From assembly GCF_009914755.1 (NCBI RefSeq), contig NC_060925.1: DNA of 64,000 nt, one strand, 5' to 3'. Position 1 is the first letter of the stretch. Each line of letters starts with the position of its first letter. Shown here in pieces: positions 29,788 through 44,300 of this stretch. The position numbers were made by a program, and so were the translations under genes. The DNA comes from the human T2T-CHM13v2.0 reference genome, Homo sapiens. The notes under the pieces are model-generated. The model ran no database searches and was not told the origin of the DNA. It saw only the letters and a program-made list of their open reading frames with translations.

Positions 29788-31054
29788 TTCTGTGTTTCAA
29801 ATAATGATGCTTGTGTATACATAATCACTGGGGCTCAGTTCTCTTTTTGATTGTCTGTTTAGAGGAATGCCTTGGTTAGGAAAAAAAAAAAATTGGCTCC
29901 TGGACTTTGCCATCCAATGCCTGTTTCTTTGCTTTGAGGCTTGGGAATAAAAATTACTTAGCTCATCTACTCTGCTGGAAGAGTAGAGAAGAGGGTGACA
30001 TACCCCACAGGAAATGGGGACAAGCCCATTTTGGAGGGAGACTGCCTGATTTTTTAGGAGATAGGGAGTGAGGACCTGCTCTGTGCCTGGCCTCCCACTA
30101 ACATTTCTCGCATCTCACTTTACCTCCAGCAAGAGGAGAGCTGACAGCCTGCAACAATGCCCTCCTTTCTTCTCCCAGGGCCGGTGTTTTGATAGTGTCA
30201 GGTTACACCCCAGCCTCCCCTTGGCCCATTTATAAACCTGACACAGGCAACATGATGTAATGTTATTTTTCAGGATCTCAATGAGGAAATTTTTTGCCCC
30301 AGGTCAGAAGAATGCTAGTTGATTTTTGCTGAAATGAACCATGGCACAGTATAATATATGGGCTCCTAGTTCAAGAAGGTGGAGGCGGGGCTAGGGTGGT
30401 GTATTGCACTGAAGTTGGTAGGTTGTAATAAAGCTTTTTCTGCTTGGACCTTCCACCTCTGGGCGCCTCAGCCAACCTATCATTGTTGAGAAACACCCTT
30501 GTAGAAGCAGGCTTGGGAGCTGCCCCTTTTAATGCAATTTTGCATTGTTCTGGTGCCATAGTCTTGATTTCAAATGCGTCGCCATTGAGCAGCTGCAACG
30601 GTTGAGACTAATCTAGAAAGTGACCACAGAAAGGAAAGGGGGATGGGGGGACTTCTATGTGACCAAGTTTGTCTTCTAGGCTAGCGTTTAGCCACCTCTC
30701 GTAGCTCTGGTTTCTCTGGCTCTGCTCGAGCAGTGCTGCTGGACTTGGTGGCGGGAATAGAAAGGGAAACTGGCTATGGCTTCCTTTTACTTCCTGCCTC
30801 TTCCTCCTTCCCTCACCCCATGATATCTGTACCTAAAAAATGTCAGAAAAGTCCCATTTTTGTATTTACATTTTTTTTTTGTGAATGAAAAGAGACAAAA
30901 GATTCTAGACTGGAAAGGTGCCTGGCACTCAGCTGGAGCACTGCCCTAGGCGGAGGAAGAGATGCAGAATATGATGGGGCTCCCACCTCTGTTCCCGTCT
31001 TCCTGGTCCCTCTCCCCTTCTGGAGGTGACTGAGTTGCTGGTGTCTCATGAGAT

Positions 31055-31290
31055 GTGGTAAAGCATCCTGGTTAAGAGCACTGGAGATAGTATCCAGCTT
31101 GGCTTTCCATCCTGTTATGAATTGGCAGATTAACCTTGGACAAGTGATTTGAACTCTGCCTCAGTTCTTAATCTGTTGAGTATGAAGAAAAATAGACCTA
31201 CCTCCCAGGGTTATTGGGCAGTTTAAATGAGTTAATGTATACAAAGTATTTACATCAGTGTGTGGCACCCAGGGATCACTGTATGAGAAT
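31055..31290 (+). mobile_element. MIR near full length
   Basis: ggttaagagcactggag...accttggacaagtgatttgaactctgcctcagtt...cctacctcccagggttattg...aaatgagttaatgtatacaaagt. Confidence 0.8.
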
Positions 31291-31639
31291 TTCCTGAACA
31301 ACAACAACAAAAAAACCCTTCTAGAAATATTTTTACAAATTATGAATGTATTTTCCTAATTTTGAAAATACAACTAGTAGAATACCATGAATACTGTTCT
31401 GCACCTTGCTTTTATTTATTTATGTATTTAGCTTGTTTCTTAGCAATGTCAAGCCTTATGTTCCAATTTGTGAGCTATAGTGTTTTGTTACCATCCCTGT
31501 AAGACAAAGCATCTAAAGTAATCACCTAGGTATGCATACGGAAAACCTTTCTGGACTGTCAGGGAAAGCATTTTATCCCAACTGCCCTGAACTTGTCACT
31601 CTTCTCTGAGCAGGTCACACCCCTTGCTGACTCAGCCTT

Positions 31640-31945
31640 TGTACTGTGTTCTCTGCCTTGAATTCATTCTCTCTTCTCCACGCTACCTGGCAAACTGTTT
31701 TTCCTCCTTCAGGAATCAGCTGAAGTATCAGGATTGCCGTAAAGCTATTCCTAACTTTCTCCAGGCTCTCCTGTGAGCCCCCCTAGCATTGTGTGTCTGT
31801 CTGTGAGCCAGCCTTGGCACACAGTGTTGCGGTTATGATCTGTGTATATGTGCACGTGGGGGCCCAGAGCTCTCCCACGCTGAACACCAGCAATTAGTAC
31901 AGTGTCTGTTACATAGTCATGCTCCATGTTTTTAACAAATAAACA
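31640..31945 (+). mobile_element. L2 fragment
   Basis: ctgtgttctctgccttgaat...cctggcaaact...tccttcaggaatcagct...gtacagtgtctgttacatag. Confidence 0.55.
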
Positions 31946-32464
31946 ATAAGTACTTTTTGGTGACAACATCAGTTTCCTTGTCTTCCTTCTCTTCTGGTGA
32001 GAGTGTCTTGAGGTAGAAACGAAGAAATCTGACTCCACCCTAGCACCTGACCAAACTCTTAGTCCCACTCCAAAGCATGCTCTAAGCTGGACTTTACCTG
32101 GGGGCTGCAGGTAGATTGCCCCTTCAGCTACTCTGTCTTCTCCTGGAACCTACAGTGGAGATCCCAGTATGCACCGAGAACCTTAGAAGACTTTCTGGCA
32201 TGTACTTATTGCTTTGCTAGTAAAGCAGCACTTGAGCAGATCAACTCCATCAACTCCCAGGATGACCTTCCTCTGGTATTTCTGTGGGGTGTCTGTTGTT
32301 GGGGAAGCAGAAGCACAAAGCAGAAGAAACCAAGCACAGTTCCTTGCCCAGAATCACTCGGGAGGCAAAGTACAATTCCGTTCTTCCTTATGTTGGGACC
32401 TTCGGTGATTGGGTCCTCCTTGTGTGTGGAAGTACATGAAAGAAGGATAGACAAAATTAGAGCA

Positions 32465-32630
32465 TGTTTTCGAGACCATTTGGTTCAGCCTCTCTGATTT
32501 TACAAATGAGGAGAGTGATGCAAAGTGTGGTTAAGTGACTATACCGAGGACACAGACCTACTTTATGACAGAGGCTTGGGAGCCAGATTTTAGGATGCCG
32601 GTAGTTCTAAAGTATCTAGCTGTGCTGCCG
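32465..32630 (-). mobile_element. MIR
   Basis: gagaccatttggttcagcc...attttacaaatgaggagagtga...ggttaagtgact. Confidence 0.7.
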
Positions 32631-33023
32631 TCTGAATTTCTGGTTCACTCCATCAGGTCAGCCCATAGACACCTCCTTTTTCTTAGGTCGGACCTATCTT
32701 ATTCGTTTCCTCTTTTGTTCTCTGCAGCTGCCACCCCCACTCCTACCTCCCCTATTCTCTATGTTGACATGTGACTTGGGGCACTTGCAACGTCCCTACC
32801 TAAAATTGATGTTTGCCACCTGGCTGCTGACTGGTGCGCTATGCTGCTTCACTCTGCCTGTTTCAACCCTGTGAAATATGGAAGCAGATCATAAAAAAAT
32901 GGACTCCCACACATTTTGCAGATCTAAATTGGGCCTTAATATAATGTACTTGGTTATGACAAACAGGTTTTCTAGGGCATGACCGGCAGCTTAGGCTGGC
33001 TTCCCTGGTCATGTCAGTTGAAT

Positions 33024-33324
33024 TCTTTTTTTCTTTTTTTGAGTTGGGAGTCTCACTCTGCCGCCCAGGCTATAGTGCAGTGGCATGATCTTGGCTTACC
33101 ACAGCCTCCACCTCCTGGGTTCAAGCGATTCTCTTGCCTCAGCCTCCTGAGTAGCTGGGACTACAGGAGCCTGTCACCACGCCTGGCTAATTTTTTGTGT
33201 TTTTAATAGAGTCAGGGTTTCACCATGTTGACCAGGCTGGTCTTGAACTCCTGACCTCAGGTGATCTGCCCACTTCGGCCTCCCAAAGTGCTGAGATTAC
33301 AGGTGTGATTCACTGTGCCTGGCC
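33024..33324 (-). mobile_element. Alu (AluSx-like)
   Basis: Complete antisense Alu; TSD tcagttgaa(t/c)tcttt. Confidence 0.96.
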
Positions 33325-35014
33325 TCAGTTGAACTCTTTAAGATTATTCAACTCTTTCCTTAATTCTTAGGTAGTCAGGATTCTTCAAAACTTTATGTTT
33401 CTCTGGGAGTCAAAGGAAGTTTATGGACACAATTTCTCCATATAGTAGCTTATTTCTGAAAATAAGAAAAATGAGTAAGTTGGACCTCATTTCTTTTTCT
33501 AACAATGTGTGGGTTACCCTGGTCTTGTTGACCAGTTTATTTCCATTTCTACTTGTTGAAATAACCTTTCAAATAACCACAAGGAATTTTTAAATAACTA
33601 AGTCACTATCTTTTTCTCTAGGTTCAATTTTCTAGCACTGATAGATATAAAAGAAAGTAATAATAACATTCTTTTTTTTAGAATAATTTTTTTTTTCTTT
33701 TCAGGCAAGTAACTATTTGTTCAGGTGTAATATTCCTGATTTTATACTGTGGTGATTCCCTATAGATGACAACTGCTCAAACTCTAGCCTTCTAAATGTT
33801 AGGTACCAAATTGACCTTTTTGTAATCAATTTGTTTTTATCTAGCTTTATTAACAGCCAGCCGCCGCACCGTTGATTGGATCGACGAGGTGGTGATGTGA
33901 AACAATCGCTAAACGTGGCCAAAGTAACCAGACTGACTTTTGTGTGGTTTTTGTTTTCTGGACAAGGATTCTGTTAGTTAGAACAGCATTTAATTGTGCC
34001 CACCACAACTAAATAAAACCCACGAGACAGTTACAAATGAACTGTCACAAGAGGGGAGGAGTGAAGTAGAAGGAGCCAGAGGGAGAGCCTACAGGCCTTC
34101 TGTGAATGACCACAAACCCTCTCGACTTTGGGATTTGGCCTCCCTGGGTTGGATATGCCTGGAAGGGTCGCAGAGGTTAAGAGCCAGGAGTCTGGGGAGG
34201 CCAGGGTATTGTGTTTGGTTACAGAGGTGCCTTCCAGGTGATCACCATGGAAATGCCTTTCACTGGGGTCTCCAGAGATGAAAAATTCAGGATATGTCTA
34301 TGTGAAATATGGTCTTGTAAACCATGGGATAGGGATGGGAAAAGTTGGCTTAGTCTCTCTCTCTCTCTCCACCTCTGGAGTGGCAGCTGTGTGACTCCCT
34401 GTAAACTTTCAAATGGTGGTTCTTCATGCCCGGGGATGATTCCGTGTGTCAACAAGTCTGGGCAGTCTTTGATGTAGCCACCAGCGTCTAGGCCAGGAGG
34501 CACACTGCTGCTGCCTGGTGCCCTCATGATCATTCTCTGTGCCTTCTGCTGCCCTCTCAGCCCCTGGGTCTCCCTCCCCAGGTCCTCCTTACTCCTGCTC
34601 CTGTGACGAGGGGTGGGAAGCTCCGTTTACTGATCTATATATTATTGTGTTGGTGGGAAACACTGGCTAGGCCAAATAATAATGTCTTGCAATTACTTAG
34701 CATTATCTTGGGTGTATCTCCCTTGAGAAATATATTCCTGGAAATATACCAGTAAAATGAGTTTCGGTTAGCTGAATCATATTTTATAGCCATTGAAGTT
34801 ATTAATGTAGAAATTTTTCTCAAGGACAAAAACCTGACTGAGGCCATCTCAACCTCACTGAAATTTTCAGTGAAGGTTAAGAGGCATATTCTCTGATAAA
34901 TACAAGGTAAGAACACTTCATGTGACAGAAAAAAAAATCCAAAATTGCATGTTCCCAATGCTAACTTCAGAGGGAGCTGCATTTTCTGAGATTATTCCGT
35001 CCTTTTACATGCAG

Positions 35015-35270
35015 TGATAATTACTAATATGTATTGATACTCATCATGTGCTAGGCATAGTGCTAAACCCATTGACATAGATCATTTCACATAATCCTCA
35101 TAATAATCCTTTGAGAAATGGAATATGTTTATTCTGATTTACAGATTTTGAGACTGAGGTTCAAATAAGTTAAGTAATTTGCTCAAGGCCATACAGCTGT
35201 TAAATGGTAGAACTGGGACTTGAACCCACCTGGAGTCCAGATCCAGAGGTCATATTTTATTACCTCTTGA
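35015..35270 (-). mobile_element. MIR near full length
   Basis: atgtgctaggcatagtgctaa...aatcctcataataatcct...ttacagattttgagactgaggttca...gttaagtaatttgctcaaggccatacagct. Confidence 0.88.
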
Positions 35271-35419
35271 CTATCTTTTTCCTGTTATAAAATAGTATAA
35301 CTTCATCTTAAATATTATTTTAAAAACTCCTCAAATTTATATGCTAAAGCTCATTGGCCATGTGCTGGTGCCTTTAAATTTTTATCCCCCCTAGAGATTA
35401 TAACTAAGACTAATGTCTG

Positions 35420-35660
35420 TGGCTACTCAACCCAGTTGGTTAGAGCTAATGGGACCAAGGTGACAAGGTTCAGCCCCCATTTGAGTCTGTTAGCTGGGCT
35501 GAGTTTCATGGCCACAGAATTAACCTTTCACCTTGGCCAGCTGCCTCACAAATGCATGTTGTTGATCAGAGAGAATAAGGAGGAGATTGTGGATAAAATG
35601 GCACAGACCGCTAGATCAGCCACCCAAGACTATGGATGGTGGTTCAGTAATGTTTTCTTT
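35420..35660 (+). mobile_element. MamSINE1-like tRNA-derived ancient SINE (second copy)
   Basis: cagttggttagagc...ccaaggtgacaaggttcagcccc...gttagct...catggccacaga...ggccagctgcctcacaaatgcatg...gtggat...gatggtggttcagtaatg. Confidence 0.7.
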
Positions 35661-36547
35661 CCAAGATGGGATCAGACATTATTGCCATGTATAGTAGTTT
35701 AAAACAGCATTTCTTGGTGTGCTCCTTGGAGCTGGTTATTTGTTTTAGTGTTTGTATGTGAGGAAGCGTTGTATTGCCAAGTAAGATTGGGAGTTAAAAG
35801 AGCTTTCTGAACTACAGGGCTTCCCCGAGGTTTAATATGTTAATGTGTGTTGTAAATCTCTCAGAGGGGTGTGTGTGGTGGAGTGGTTAGCATTTTCAGA
35901 ATTTATTTGACCTGAGGACCTTTTCCCTGGACCAGGATTCTTAAAAACACACTTTAGAAAATTGTGTCTTAAAAATGTACTTGCTTTGTTCTGTTATTTT
36001 AAATCCCTATAGTAGTCTTTCCACATTGGGGATCAGTTACAGTTAAAAAAGACCAGTTTCCATATTCCACTAACTTCTACATGTGTGGATCTCCTTTCAG
36101 CAGGCTCTATCTTTACCTCCAAAGTGCTTCTGCATCTCTTGTCCCATTTTCTTTTTTTTGCCCTATATTTTAAACCAGGATTCTGTTGCTGGCCATAACA
36201 CATACCCCAAATCAGTAACATCTCAGGGATTAGAACCCAGATCTCTGGCCCATTTTTCTTTCCAGCGGCCTATGCTGCCTCCCAGTGGACAGAGCATTTG
36301 CAAAGAGCAGAGATCATAATGCTTAATTCTTTTCTAGAAAGCGTTTGCCTGGTGTCTGTGAGCATTTCTCTGGCCTGCCATTGCTCTTGAATTATAAGGT
36401 GGCATTGTCGTAACTCTGTAAGCAAGACTGAACAACTCTCCTCCTCCCCGCCTCCCCACCACCAAAATTAAGTGCATTATTAGCAAACACTTAAAAGTTC
36501 GGAGAGGAGATTCTAAGTTGACTTACCCCAGGGAGAATAATCACGGC

Positions 36548-36561
36548 GGGGGGGGGGGGGG
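36548..36561 (+). repeat. Poly-G (14)
   Basis: Direct observation. Confidence 0.9.
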
Positions 36562-38142
36562 CACTCAAGATGATCAGCACTAGCCCAGCCTTCTCCCAGG
36601 CTGGGGTAAGGGTTTCCTGGGGAGTGCTGAAGTGCACTTGAACCTTGTCAATGACTGTCTCCTACTCCGTTGCTCACTTGCTCTTGTCTCGGTTTAATTT
36701 TGCACAGCTCCAGTGGAAATTTCAGTGATCTGATAATTTGGAAAATAAATGAAAGAGTGGAAGATAAATTTTTATTTTCCTTTTCTCAAAAAAATTACAC
36801 CCAAGTGAATAATCTTTATGCTCTATTTCTCAGTAATATTTAGATGCTACTCCTGAAGAATAGCAGAGCTGCCAAAATCAGTAGGGTTTTTTTACCAAGC
36901 TCTGCTTCAGTAATCCTATCACTTGCCTGAAGAATTCATTATAACGAAATAAACACATTAGGAACTCCTTGGTCTTTTACATCTCTAATATTTATGAAGT
37001 ACTGAGGCTCTGAGCCAGCCAATAAGGAAGCTGGCAATTCACAGCAATCAGTTTAATAGGCATTGGTTGATTTGGATTGCAAAATATAGGTGCCCTGATT
37101 AGCCCTCTATATGGACTTGCGTTGTTCTTCAGCCATTCAAAAGCTACCTAATTATGAATATTGAAGTATAATGTTCTGGCTTTTAACATAAGGCACTTAC
37201 CTTTTAATTGGCCATCAGCTTTGTTTTTAGCGCTTATGTACCTCCACTGGGATTCAAATGAAATGGGGAGATAATCAACCAGTAAGCAGAGAAAAGGGTA
37301 AAATGATCAGGGATAATTAAGTGGCAGCAGGGAAATTTAGGGTTAGACAACAGGGAGAGAAACAAAAGAAGGAAACTCACAGGAAACCAGCTCTCTGCCA
37401 CACTGCCAGGCACACCCCTTTTGAAACCACCTTTGATTCCCTCTTTAGCTTACAGGTGGGACACATATAGACTTTGTGGCTGACATCTATCAGCTTGAGC
37501 ACAAACTTGATTCCTCCCTGCGCCTAAACTCAGAGCCAGGCAGAGGGTGGGGCATTGGATCTTCACTGCACAAACTTGGCAGAGGAAAAAAGACCATTAA
37601 GTGAAGGCTAATTGGAATCTGCCCCAAACTGCACTTTGTTGGAGCTATTTACAATATCTTTCAAGCAGCTGACTTACTTACTGGGTTATTCAGTGAAGGG
37701 GCAGTGAGTGAGGGGATCGGTGGGGAGTGCTCAAGGAGAGGAAAATGACCTATACAAGGCAGTGGGTGCTTTCTTACACCTTTGAAAAATTAACTCCTAC
37801 ACCATCTTAGTCCTTGGTACAAAGCCTAAGTACTCGCCTTGACCACAGGGAGCAGTTCACCTCCCTTGGGTCATGTGTCCCTTTATTTTCTGAGGAAATT
37901 TATGGTCTAGTTCCAGAAAATTAGCCTAGATACACACATTTTTTTTTTCCCCATGGAATTTCAGGAAGCTGAGGAACTCCTGAAAGACCATCCATGGATC
38001 TTCTAGTTTTTTCAGGTTAAAAAAAATCCTGTTTTTAGATCCAGAAGTAGGGCTGGAAGCAATTTTTATACATAATTGTGGAGAGTGAAGTGGAGAAAGC
38101 CTAGGAAAAATAATGAGTTTGCCTTTTAAATATTTCTTTGGA

Positions 38143-38433
38143 GGCCAGGCGCCGTGGCCCATGCCTGTAATCCCAGCACTTTGGGAGGCCGAGGTGGGAG
38201 GATCACTTGAGCCTAGGAGTTTGAGACCAGCCTAAGCATTTGAGACCAGCCTGGTCAACATAGTGAGACCCTGTTTCTACAAAAAATTAAAGAATTAGCC
38301 AGGCGTGGTAGCACACATCTGTAGTCCTAGCTACTCAGGAGGCTGAGGTGGGAGGATCACTTGAGCCCAGGGAGGTCAAGGCTGCAGTGAGCCATGATTG
38401 GACCTGGCAGCAGAGTGAGATCCTATCAAAAAA
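38143..38433 (+). mobile_element. Alu (AluJ-like) with an internal duplication and a right-arm deletion
   Basis: Sense Alu; tttgagaccagcct repeated at about 38220 and 38239; shortened 3' end. Confidence 0.93.
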
Positions 38434-38876
38434 CCAGCAAAACCAGCAAATCTTTATAGAAAAACATGAACTTCTTTTAAAAAATTTGTATTAAGGTACT
38501 TTAAAAACACCATTTGTATTTGAAGATCCAAAATAGCACATCTGTTTTACTTATTCAAGCAGATTTCATAAGGCATTATTTTGAGGCTATATTTTGTTAG
38601 TGTAATTCTAGCTAATTCTAATTTTTATATGCATTGAAACATGATAAAATTATGCATCTTTAAAAATAGCCCTTTTTGCAGTTTAGGCTTAAGGAAGTTC
38701 ATATGCGTGCATGTGCATTTGTGAGTATGTGGGTGTGTGTGTGCAATCTTTTTTCTTTTTTGTTCCACCTCACCACCCTGTGACATGAAATAGGGACTTG
38801 TCTATAACCATATTCTCGTGGCCTAAAATCAGGTCTGGTGCTGAGTAGGTTGCTGAATACATGATTAATTTTGTAA

Positions 38877-39234
<358 letters not shown>

Positions 39235-39252
39235 TAAAAAAAAATTAATTAA

Positions 39253-39537
<285 letters not shown>

Positions 39538-41015
39538 TCCCCTATTTTCTTAACAGTCTTCCTTCTCTTTCTGTCTGTCTGTATTTGTATTTTGCCTTCC
39601 TTTTCTTTTATCCCCAACGGGGGCGAGAATTAGGTTCCCAGAAACTATTATGAACATTTTCCTTGGCTGATAGCACTATGAGAAAGCATCGCAAAGGACT
39701 GCCTGGGGGGTGCTATTTAGTACAGGGGGATGGGATACGGACTGGTTTACTGTAGGTTCTCCTTCAGGGGCTGATTTAGCTTGGTGGCTCTGCAGTCTTA
39801 GGCTGGCCTAGTTGCCCATTTCATAAGCCACACAAGGCTACTGGACTGAAATAATCATGAAACAAGAGGCCATCCCTCTTGTTGCACAGTCTATCTTTTT
39901 GGCCATAATTAAGAATCATTCACGTCCAGGGTGCACATTTAGCCAATGGAGTTTCTTAACTCCTTTGAGAAAAGGATCAATGGACATACCTGAACAGAAA
40001 GGTTTCTGTGGTTCCATAATGTAAGAGTTCCAAGTGCACAGAGGATGATTCCTGAGTCTGCCCATCGAATAGGCATTTGGGTAGATTTTTTTTTTCTACA
40101 ATTTGACTTCCATCTTCCTTAAGAATGAGAAGTTAGGACCAGAAGAAAAGCTCCCATCTTTCACACTAAATACGTTCTATAAAACCAAGCAACTTTGATT
40201 CTTCCTCCCTGTAAATGAACCCTGGTTGCATAGCTTTTGATGTGTCAAGTCAGGTGTCAGACAAGCTAGAGGGTATAGGAAATACTTCCATTTAGGCACC
40301 ATCTAAGTTTACCCAGCCTCTCTTCTGCATTGACATTGGCTGTAATCCTTGTAAATGCTGAGTATACTCTTCTTTCCGTGTGGGCCCAGGAGGCAAGGCT
40401 AGGCTGGAAGTGATCACTAGGTAGGAGAAGGCGTCTTGTTGGAAGGAGCTGGTGTAAAACAGCGGGTTGCCAGGCCTCTGTTCCCAGCGTTGTCTCTTGT
40501 GAAGCTGTTCCAAGGAAGCCACATTTCTCTCTGGGCCGCACTGTTGTGAGTGCCTAGGATGCTTCCGGTGGATCTGTGTGAAATGTCAAGTCCACAGAGG
40601 TTAGCCTAGAATCTCTGTGCTGAAAGACTAGCAGGATTTTTGGACTCCAAAGTTCTGGATTGATCTTTTTCTATCGTAATGACTAGATGAGTGAGGTTCT
40701 CCTGATTGTTTCTGAGGCTGCTTGTTCCCTATGCCCTCAGCCTGTGACCAAGGTATAGCTCACTCGGACTGAGTGCTTCCTTGTTCAGGATGAATTAAGC
40801 ACTTGATGTGCACATGCTGTTAACTCATCTCCCCCAACTCCTTTGAATTCTCTACCCATCATGTACTTGGCCACTTTCCTGAGCCAAGCACTTCATTATC
40901 TTCTTGTCCTGTGAGTCCTAATAGATATATTTAGAAACACTTCTATGAAATATGGAATCCAGGCTTAACCAGCTGTTTGAAATCACAACCCACAACCACT
41001 TTGCTGGTGTGTGCT

Positions 41016-41362
<347 letters not shown>

Positions 41363-44300
41363 AGTTGCCATCTTTTTTATGTGCTTTCCTTCCTTCTCTC
41401 TTCTCTAGATGTAGCATGTCTATAATCTCTGGAGGTAAGCCCCGCCTCGTTACACACAAGAGGATCATGACTAATGCGGTGTATATAGATAGATAGAGAT
41501 ATCTACCAGCATGTTAATAAAGGGCCTGATAGGGAATCGAAGAACGTCACCCCCAGGTAATTGCCCACAGTCTTCTGTAGCCACTGCTGGAGAGGGCGTG
41601 GTGTGGGAATGGGGGAGATGGGCACACCCGTGTGCACCATGTGTTAGGTGGCAGGAAAGAAGGAGATTTCTGAATTTTATTTTTTTCTTGTCTAGGAAAT
41701 TTTTAAAGCTTCTTCTGCTTAGAGCCTTGCCAGGGTCTAATTCCCACACAGGTGGGAGTGGGTGCATTAGGTTTCACCTTTTTACGCCCAAGCAGCCATC
41801 TCACTGCCAAAGTCGTGCTTACTGATGCACTCCTTTGACTGTGTTTCTCTGCCTTTTCCTCGTGCCTTGCATCTCCTCTCTGTGCTTGCCTTTGTCTCTC
41901 TGTGTCTCTGTCTATGCCTTTGTGGCTAGCATCTTGGTGCTTGGATATTCCCCACTTCTCTGTGCTTCTTGGTTCCTGCAGAGCCTGCCTTGTGCCTTTC
42001 ATTACCACGTTAACAAACTCGAGTCGTGCCTAACGACGTCGCCTCATACGTTATGCTAATGATCAAGAGACATGTTAATGATATTTTAGAAGCCTAATTA
42101 GTGGAATATATAACTATATGCAATTTGGTAATGGACTGTGACAACAAGTTGTGAAAAGGGGGCTTGACAAATCCAGTTGCATGTGGCCTCAGACAAACAG
42201 GAGCTGAGAATGGATGAGTGGAAATCAGACAGGGAGATAGAAGGAGGAAGTGTGTATTGGGGGTGTGAATGCCTGTGTGTACACTTAACGTGAGGGTCAA
42301 TCTTTCTTATAGGTAGCATTGCTGTCTTGTCATCATTCCACTGTCCTAAAACCACAGGGCTAACTGTATCTGAAGAATTATTTACTGATGTTTTTTAAGC
42401 AATTGCTACTGTTGCCATTGATCATACTGGTATATCTTTGTTAGAAATGTTATTTTGATTATGTTATTCTTCACAACATCCTTACTTGCAATTTGTAATG
42501 GGAGAGGTACACATAGAAGATAGGTTCTTGTGCCAAAAAGAAGTTTTATTGTGTTATAAACCAACAATCAAGACCATGTAAGCTCAGAAATAATCTGTAT
42601 TGTGTCTATCAACATTTTGATAGTATTGGTAGGAGTAAAACAAGGAGTGGTATGTGTAAAATCATTCAGCTGTTTGAATGTCATTTTCTCTCAATGAAAG
42701 AATTGGTTAGAGGCATGCATTCCTTCAGCTGGTATCTTTCTTCCTCTAACATGGTGATTCTCAATTTGTGGGCCACGGACCCTGAGGGAGCCTTGAAGTT
42801 GTTAAAAAGGTTTAGTAAATTCATGCACATACCAAGCATTGTCTGTAAACAGAATAATGTCATGGACACACATGCAGATAAATATACCTACTAAAATTCT
42901 TTGAATGTATGAAATGCTATTGTGGTTAATGAAATGCACATTCACTTAAACAAGCATTTTTTCAGTTCCTATAGGTTTTTTTTATTCATGTGTATCATTC
43001 CTCCATCTGTAGAAGCTAAAAATACAATAACTCTCTTATAGTGGTACTTGCAATGTTTTGACATTAAGAGAGAGACTATACATTCACAGAGGTTGGGAGC
43101 TTCTGTCTAGCCTGTTGTCCAAAACTGCTTATAAAATTTAGCAACTAATTTTCACTTTTGACAACTATTTTAATTCTAGAAAATAGGTTTATAAAGATTT
43201 TCTTAAAGTGTTATCTATCCTTCCAATGACTTATTATAAATTTTAGAATGTATTTCTATAGGGTGGAAAAATCTCCTTTAGTCAGAATTGAACAGTTTTC
43301 ATGAAGAACATGTTACACCATGTAGAAACATGGGTACTGCAGGGCATAGGTGGCACTAGCTTATGGGAGCCTGAATTCCAGAAACTTGATTTTACTTTTT
43401 GTTTAGGATTAAAATGCCAAAAAGAGGGAGGCTTGCAGTATCACACTTCACCACCAGGTAAAGCTTTTAGAAACATATATTCAGTGTGAAAATGCCCCAA
43501 GTTTGCAGCTTCTTGACGGATAAAGACAGTTACAGAGACAAAGAAAGTTAGTGTTTTATGAATTAGTCCTCTACTCTTGAAGTAGTATAGCTTATCGGCA
43601 ATGAGGTACATTTGTATTTTTTTCTCGGCTGTTCTTCCTGAGGAAATACACCATGTTACCATTGAGGAAGTTCTTCTTCTCTCTTTCCCCGTACATTTTT
43701 ATTGTACGCAGAAAGACAGAAGAAGGAAGCCCTGAAGGAAGATTGTGTATGAACCCAGGATTCTGTTATTACGTCTGATGTTTGTTTCTAGTTAAAAATG
43801 AGAAGTAATTTTTGGGAGGGAGACAGAAATGGGAAAAGTTTATAAGCGAGCCAGTGGAAAAAGCACATTCATTATCAGTGTCTTTCTCACTGAGTCGTTT
43901 GAAGTTGGAAAATTAGCAGCTTCTTTGAAGCTCATAAGATCTTTCATCTTTGTGTATGTGAGTGTGTGTGTGTTAATACTAAGTGGAGATTCTTTCTCTT
44001 GCCACTTATTTGGTTTTTCTGCTAATAATGAAATTATAATGAGATCCCTGATGGGATTTAAAAAAAAAAAAAAAGAAAAAAAACACCTTACATGAATTAT
44101 CCCATTCCCCCACCCTCCTTCTGCCTTTCTGTAAAATCTATTCTGCATAATAGGTCTTTGTTTCTGGATTTGTGACAGAATTGAAGGAGGCCAGGAGTCG
44201 GAACTGCCCCTCATTGTTCTTTTTGGTGACTAGGATACAAAGTTCTGTTCGGCACAGAGTACTCTCCTCTGCTTCTACCTCCGGGAACCCCGTTACCCCC

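Noticed and set aside
31320-31420. Possible ancient L1ME relics (also about 34690-34760)
   Set aside because: Too degenerate to support by eye
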